Source of the DNA: a candidate division FCPU426 bacterium | Lineage (GTDB): Bacteria > Oederibacteriota > Muellerivitia > Muellerivitales > Muellerivitaceae | Assembly (NCBI GenBank): GCA_963738405.1 | Contig: CAVTWJ010000009.1 | Coordinates: forward strand, 96,001 to 160,000 | Reading direction: 5' to 3' | Length of the DNA stretch: 64,000 nucleotides | Shown here: in pieces, positions 59,185 to 64,000 of the stretch | Position numbering within the stretch: position 1 is the first letter of the stretch | Layout: every line of letters starts with the position of its first letter | Made by a program: the position numbers and the translations under genes | Notes under the pieces: model-generated | Databases searched by the model: none | Seen by the model: the letters and a program-made list of their open reading frames with translations, nothing else | What the model was told of the DNA's origin: nothing

Positions 59185-60462
59185 TTATTTGGAGGCTGGA
59201 TGGAGGGCTTCAACGCCATCTAAGTAGGGCCGTAATACCTCGGGGATTACTACCGAACCGTCCTTCTGCTGGTAATTTTCAAGTACGGCCAGCCAGGTTC
59301 TGCCTACCGCCAAACCCGAACCATTCAAGGTGTGAACCAGTTCGGGCTTACCCCCGCTTGCCCGCTTCACCTTGATGGCACCCCTTCGAGCCTGGAAATC
59401 GGTGCAGTTGGAACAGCTGGAGATTTCACGGAAGGCGTTTTGGCTAGGGAGCCAAACTTCCAAGTCGTAAGTTTTGGTAGAGCTGAAGCTTTTATCACCG
59501 GTGGCCAATACCATAACCCGGTAGGGAAGACCTAACGCCTTTAATACGTCCTCCGCGTCAGAGGTTAACTGTTCCAGAGCCTCCATGCTCTTGTCGGGTT
59601 CCACGAATTGAAACAACTCCACCTTGTTGAACTGATGCAATCGGATAAGCCCTTTGGTGTCCTTGCCGTAGCTTCCCGCTTCCCTTCGGTAGCAGGGGGT
59701 ATGGGACATGTACTTTTTAGGTAACGCACCGGCAGAAAAGGTTTCTCCCCGGTGCAGATTGGCGAGGGAGACCTCGGCCGTGGGGATTAGGTAGTAGCCG
59801 TCCTTCTCTACGGCGAATGCCTGCTCAATGAATTTGGGGAATTGGCCGGACATTTCCATAGACTGGTAATTCACCAGGTGTGGAACCACCATTTCCTGGT
59901 AGCCCTTTTGGGTATGCAGGTCGAGCATGAAATGGGCAAGTGCCCGCTCCAGTTTGGCGCCCAACCCGGAAAGGATAAAGAAGCGGGCTCCGGAAATCTT
60001 GGCGGCCCGTTCAAAATCGAGGATGCCGAGGTTTGTCCCTATTTCATCGTGGCTTTGTGGTTTGAAGTCGAAGGTGCGGGGATTACCCACCTTTCGGATT
60101 TCCTGGTTACACTCCTCACCCCCGACGGGGACGGAGGGATGGGGTAGGTTGCAGACCTGAAGCTCGATCTCGTGAAAATCCTTTTCGACCGAGGCGATCT
60201 CGCCGTCCATCTGCTTGATCTCGTCAGAAAGTTCCTTGAGTTTGGCCTGAAAGGGGGAGATATCTTTCCCTTCCTTTTTCAATTTTCCCATCTCTTCGGA
60301 AGCCTGGTTCAACCGGGCCTTTCGCTTGTCGACGGAAACCATTAAGTCCCGGCGACGGCGCTCCAGGTCCAAGTAAAGGGAAAGGTCGACTTTGGATTTG
60401 CAGTCTTCAAGGGCCTTGCGGACCTCGGCTTCGTGTTCGCGGACATATTTCGGATCAAGCAT
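59185..60462 (-). CDS. serS: Serine--tRNA ligase
   Basis: LIPTAEV, RREAGSYG, HQFNKVE, EISSCSNC, HTLNGS. Confidence 0.97.
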   Translation of the reverse strand: MLDPKYVREHEAEVRKALEDCKSKVDLSLYLDLERRRRDLMVSVDKRKARLNQASEEMGKLKKEGKDISPFQAKLKELSDEIKQMDGEIASVEKDFHEIELQVCNLPHPSVPVGGEECNQEIRKVGNPRTFDFKPQSHDEIGTNLGILDFERAAKISGARFFILSGLGAKLERALAHFMLDLHTQKGYQEMVVPHLVNYQSMEMSGQFPKFIEQAFAVEKDGYYLIPTAEVSLANLHRGETFSAGALPKKYMSHTPCYRREAGSYGKDTKGLIRLHQFNKVELFQFVEPDKSMEALEQLTSDAEDVLKALGLPYRVMVLATGDKSFSSTKTYDLEVWLPSQNAFREISSCSNCTDFQARRGAIKVKRASGGKPELVHTLNGSGLAVGRTWLAVLENYQQKDGSVVIPEVLRPYLDGVEALHPASK

Positions 60463-60771
60463 GGGTTCTCCCGGTGAAATGGAGGGGTTATTGTAAACAG
60501 GAGGGATGGGGAAAGAAATTTTTTTTTAACCCGGCGGGATCCGATGGAAACCAGCGAACAAAGGAAAACATAGTGTTTGGTATCCATTTATTCGTGATTT
60601 AATGATTTATGAGTGAAAACAAATTGGGAAAGAGAAGACGGTATACTGTTTTGATCGAGCTTCCCAATATATAAGGGTTATGGAGGATGGATGAAATAAC
60701 TGTGAAGATAAGTGGTATGCTTCGAACCCGGCAGTTTAATATCCATTGGTTTGAACAAAGAGAAAGAGTCT

Positions 60772-61239
60772 ATGCCAATATCAGAAACCGTAAAATTAGG
60801 AAAGAATGTTTCCATACCTCAACCTGGCTTGGTCAATCTATACGGCTGTGATATCGGAGACTATACGAAAATTGGAGCTTTTGTTGAGATTCAAAAGGGG
60901 GTAAGGGTAGGTCGGTTATGCAAGATTAGCAGTCATAGTTTTCTTTGTGAAGGCGTTACCCTGGAAGAACGGGTGTTTGTAGGACATGGAGTTATGTTTA
61001 TCAATGATCGTTATCCCCGTTCTGCGGTAGGGATTAGACTGCAAACTGAAGAGGATTGGAAAATGATTCCAACACTTGTCAAAGAAGGGGCCTCTTTGGG
61101 AAGTGGTGTCATTGTTCTTTGCGGGATCACCATCGGCAAAGATTCGATGATTGGGGCGGGTGCGGTAGTTACTCGCGATGTTCCGGATTTCGCAATCGTT
61201 CGAGGGGTTCCAGGCCGGATTTTCGGAAGCGTAAGATAA
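60772..61239 (+). CDS. Hexapeptide-repeat N-acetyltransferase (WbpD/WxcM-like)
   Basis: VNLYGC.IG, FVEIQK, GHGVMFIND, GAGAVVTRDVP. Confidence 0.88.
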   Translation: MPISETVKLGKNVSIPQPGLVNLYGCDIGDYTKIGAFVEIQKGVRVGRLCKISSHSFLCEGVTLEERVFVGHGVMFINDRYPRSAVGIRLQTEEDWKMIPTLVKEGASLGSGVIVLCGITIGKDSMIGAGAVVTRDVPDFAIVRGVPGRIFGSVR

Positions 61240-61435
61240 ATTGCATAAACTTATATGAAATCAAAAACACCAATTCGTCTTTTTTCAGGGGAAACAGCCC
61301 CGGGCAGAAGTTCAAAACTTTACATCCTGCTTAGACCTCATATAGAATTTAAAATGGCAAGGGCCTGTTATCTGGAATTTTCGATTTAAAAGACTTATCA
61401 ATTCAGTTTAATTTTCTTCCTAAACGAAAGGTTTT

Positions 61436-64000
61436 ATGCCTTCCAATCGCCCCCCAAAACGCAAAGCGACTCTAAAGGATCAACCTTCTGAAAACGAAAG
61501 CAAGATTGAAGTTTCCAACCCTGACTTAGATAGGGGTTTAAAGCCAGCTCCCAATAAATGGATCGTATTATCCTTGATCCTTTTGGCGATTTTACTGGTT
61601 GGGAAGGGCCGGCTATTATTCGGCGAAGTCATTATGGGAGCCGTCGTTTTATTTTTAATATTTCCCTTACGCTTACCGAGTATGGCGAAACGGAAAGAAC
61701 AGCTTCCCTCATCCCCTGGATTGACCTGGCTTCCAATCTTTTGTTTGGCATTATTTTGGCTCGGATTTGCACTTGAATTGGCGAGTTTCCCCAATCATCT
61801 ATGGATGTTCCCGTCCATTCCTCAGTTTCCCTTCCCCCAATCTCAAGCCTTACTTTTAACCTGTTTCGTCGGAATGATTTTTTCCATGAAATATTTAAAT
61901 CCGATCGCGAAGATGGAAGATATGCCAGTCAAGCTGGCTTGGGTCTTTTTGTTTGTTTTTATGGTCTGCGGGTCGTTTCTCCAGCTTTATCAGTGGCAAA
62001 CACCTTTTGGCTCGTATTGGAATGATCAAACGATGGAAATTGCCGCGGCAAGGAGTGTTTTTGATTTAGATGATTATCGATCCGCTTTTGTCCTCCATTC
62101 GGGTCATGGAATTTCAACAGCTCCAATATGGTCGATGGTCTTTTTATGGCACTTATTTCCCAATGCCAATGGGTTCTTAATACAAAGGCTCGTGACCACT
62201 TTGGTTGATTTGTTGGGTATGTTTATTCTTTATATGTTAGGCAAAGAACTAGGCGGGAGGCGAATAGGTGTTTTCGCCGTTGGATTAGCCGCGGTGAGTA
62301 AGCCCCTCATCATAAAATCTTTGGGAAACATACAATCCGTCGAAATGCCGATGGTGGAAGCGTTGGTGTTATGGTTATTGTTGCGTGCAATTAGGAAACC
62401 AACTTTAGTCAATTTTGTTTTTTGGGGGTTATCAGTTTCATTAGGGGTGTATGTTTATTCGGTTTTCAGACCTTTTGTCCTCTTTTTCTTCATCGCGGGA
62501 GCGGTCCTTATTTGGTTTGAGCATCCAGAAGAACGAAAATTCGATAAGTCGATCGGAATTTGGATCGGAAGCACATTCTTTTTCTTTATAACTTATCTTT
62601 TGTATATGAATGGTTTATTTGTTGTTGATAATTGGTTATCTCGAATCATTGACGTTTCGGGTTCCTGGCTTCCGTGTATGGTCATGGCTCTCCTATTGAT
62701 GTACCTATCGGTGAATAGGTTGAAAATGAAAAAATTATCAGCTCATCCATCTTGGATGGGTTGGACTGCAGCTGCCTGGATCTGTATTTTTCTGACTTTT
62801 CCAGTTTTTTCCGAACCTTTTTTGCGAGACCAGCTTTTGGAGACGAATTCGGTCGGAGCCCATGGGTTTAATGTTATTTTTGATCCATTCCAAACCCTAA
62901 GAGATTTAGTGCTGAGCATGCAAGATTCGGCTGCTTACAATATCCCGGGTGATTCCTTTTTTAGTTATTTAGAAATTGTTGTTGGGGTTCTTGGAATCGC
63001 TTGGGTGATAGCTAGGCCCAATTTGATAAATCTTTTTCTTCTCGCGTCCTTTTTGGCTGGAATCGCGCCCTATCTCTTTGCGGCCAAACCAACCCACAGT
63101 TTAAAATTGATGAATTGCCTCCCGCCCTTATTGTTGATGAGCGGATTGGCCTTGGATCAGGTATGGGGATTTTTTTCAAAAAGCTCTTTTCGACGGATGA
63201 TTCAAATTGGACTAGGGATTCTATTCCTGGCTTTTTGGGCCTGGTCGGGCCAAAAGGTTTTCGACAGGATTTACCGCCAATGGTCAATTCAATGGGTTGG
63301 GTACGATACCTTAGATTTCTTGGAGGCCCGCAAAGCCCAACAAAAAGGCGATCGAGTTTTTGTGGCGGGTTACCATTCTGATAGCAGCAGTCCCTATGTG
63401 TTGTTTGAAAGGAATCCCGTTTACACGCTTCATCCAAGCAACACCCTTTATATGGGGCCGCATGATCCACCCCAAAATTTGGAGATAATCCTTTGGCCGA
63501 CCGATTTGGAAATGAAGAAAAAAATTCAATCCATTTTCCCCTCGGTTGCCTGGGAAAATATTTACAACAATCCTAACCACGAACCAAATGTTGAGACCGC
63601 CGATAATTTCATTGTTTCTCATTGCGAAATTCCTTTCGATCTTCTCGCAAAGTCCCCTCAAACACTTTTTGCAGTGCAAACGACATCGGAGCCAAATTGG
63701 ACCAGGGAATTTTCGGTCGGTAGTTTTGGTTTGAGTATGGCGGTCATCGACTGGGAGGATAAAACCCCGTTTGCCCAGGACCCGATTCCTCCCCAAGTTG
63801 ATTTAACGGATGAGCTGGTACGTTATTCGGCAACGATCAATATCACACGGGAAGGGGACTATGAGATTACAGGAACCACTTCCAACAGGACGCGAATGAG
63901 CCTAGATGAGCATCCATTTATCGATCTTCGATTTTCTAGGACCAGCAATTATTCTTATCAAGGGCCGGATAAAGTGCAGTCGAAAAGGGTTTACCTCCAC
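61436..64000 (+). CDS. Large ArnT/PMT-like (GT-C) membrane glycosyltransferase with PA14-like C-terminus (runs off the window)
   Basis: Not in ORF track. ATG 61436; YWNDQ, LYMLGKELGGRRIG, many TM segments; VRYSATINITREGDY near the end. Confidence 0.75.
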   Translation, partial: MPSNRPPKRKATLKDQPSENESKIEVSNPDLDRGLKPAPNKWIVLSLILLAILLVGKGRLLFGEVIMGAVVLFLIFPLRLPSMAKRKEQLPSSPGLTWLPIFCLALFWLGFALELASFPNHLWMFPSIPQFPFPQSQALLLTCFVGMIFSMKYLNPIAKMEDMPVKLAWVFLFVFMVCGSFLQLYQWQTPFGSYWNDQTMEIAAARSVFDLDDYRSAFVLHSGHGISTAPIWSMVFLWHLFPNANGFLIQRLVTTLVDLLGMFILYMLGKELGGRRIGVFAVGLAAVSKPLIIKSLGNIQSVEMPMVEALVLWLLLRAIRKPTLVNFVFWGLSVSLGVYVYSVFRPFVLFFFIAGAVLIWFEHPEERKFDKSIGIWIGSTFFFFITYLLYMNGLFVVDNWLSRIIDVSGSWLPCMVMALLLMYLSVNRLKMKKLSAHPSWMGWTAAAWICIFLTFPVFSEPFLRDQLLETNSVGAHGFNVIFDPFQTLRDLVLSMQDSAAYNIPGDSFFSYLEIVVGVLGIAWVIARPNLINLFLLASFLAGIAPYLFAAKPTHSLKLMNCLPPLLLMSGLALDQVWGFFSKSSFRRMIQIGLGILFLAFWAWSGQKVFDRIYRQWSIQWVGYDTLDFLEARKAQQKGDRVFVAGYHSDSSSPYVLFERNPVYTLHPSNTLYMGPHDPPQNLEIILWPTDLEMKKKIQSIFPSVAWENIYNNPNHEPNVETADNFIVSHCEIPFDLLAKSPQTLFAVQTTSEPNWTREFSVGSFGLSMAVIDWEDKTPFAQDPIPPQVDLTDELVRYSATINITREGDYEITGTTSNRTRMSLDEHPFIDLRFSRTSNYSYQGPDKVQSKRVYLH

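Noticed and set aside
50641..60462. Functional link between the Ser tRNAs and serS
   Set aside because: Separated by unrelated genes; no shared regulatory element seen
107..63796. Many short overlapping or antisense ORFs in the track
   Set aside because: Shadows of well-supported genes in GC-rich DNA

Overview
Bacterial chromosomal window with GC-rich housekeeping DNA at 1-25.4 kb and 50.7-64 kb. The left flank holds cysH, zwf-opcA-pgl, tkt, a Fur-family regulator with ahpC, a Ser/Thr kinase-WD40 gene paired with an FHA-cyclase, and a toxin-antitoxin cassette. The right flank holds rpoD, serS and sugar-modification genes. Between them is a ~25.2 kb integrative mobilizable island (25458-50681) bounded by a perfect 41-bp repeat. 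That repeat is the 5' half of tRNA-Ser(TGA), so the intact tRNA is separated from its predicted native promoter. The island backbone is an integrase, excisionases, a Replic_Relax-type relaxase, a TrwB/TraD coupling protein and an RHH protein. Its AT-rich cargo is defence-like: (i) SNF2 helicase, type III Mod/Res, AIPR and a C39-like peptidase; (ii) a nucleotide-modification cluster comprising a Dcd-fold protein with degenerate catalytic residues and a TM helix, a 5-hmdU-kinase-like protein, a thymidylate-synthase homologue with a dCMP-type Asp, a TIR/DUF1863 protein, Nmad2 and two membrane proteins; and (iii) an unannotated, translationally coupled operon of four Pro/Asp-rich micropeptides sharing PxPPxD[DE]DG. 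Items (ii) and (iii) are the best candidates for an undescribed system. All family assignments come from motif recognition by eye; no database search was run.
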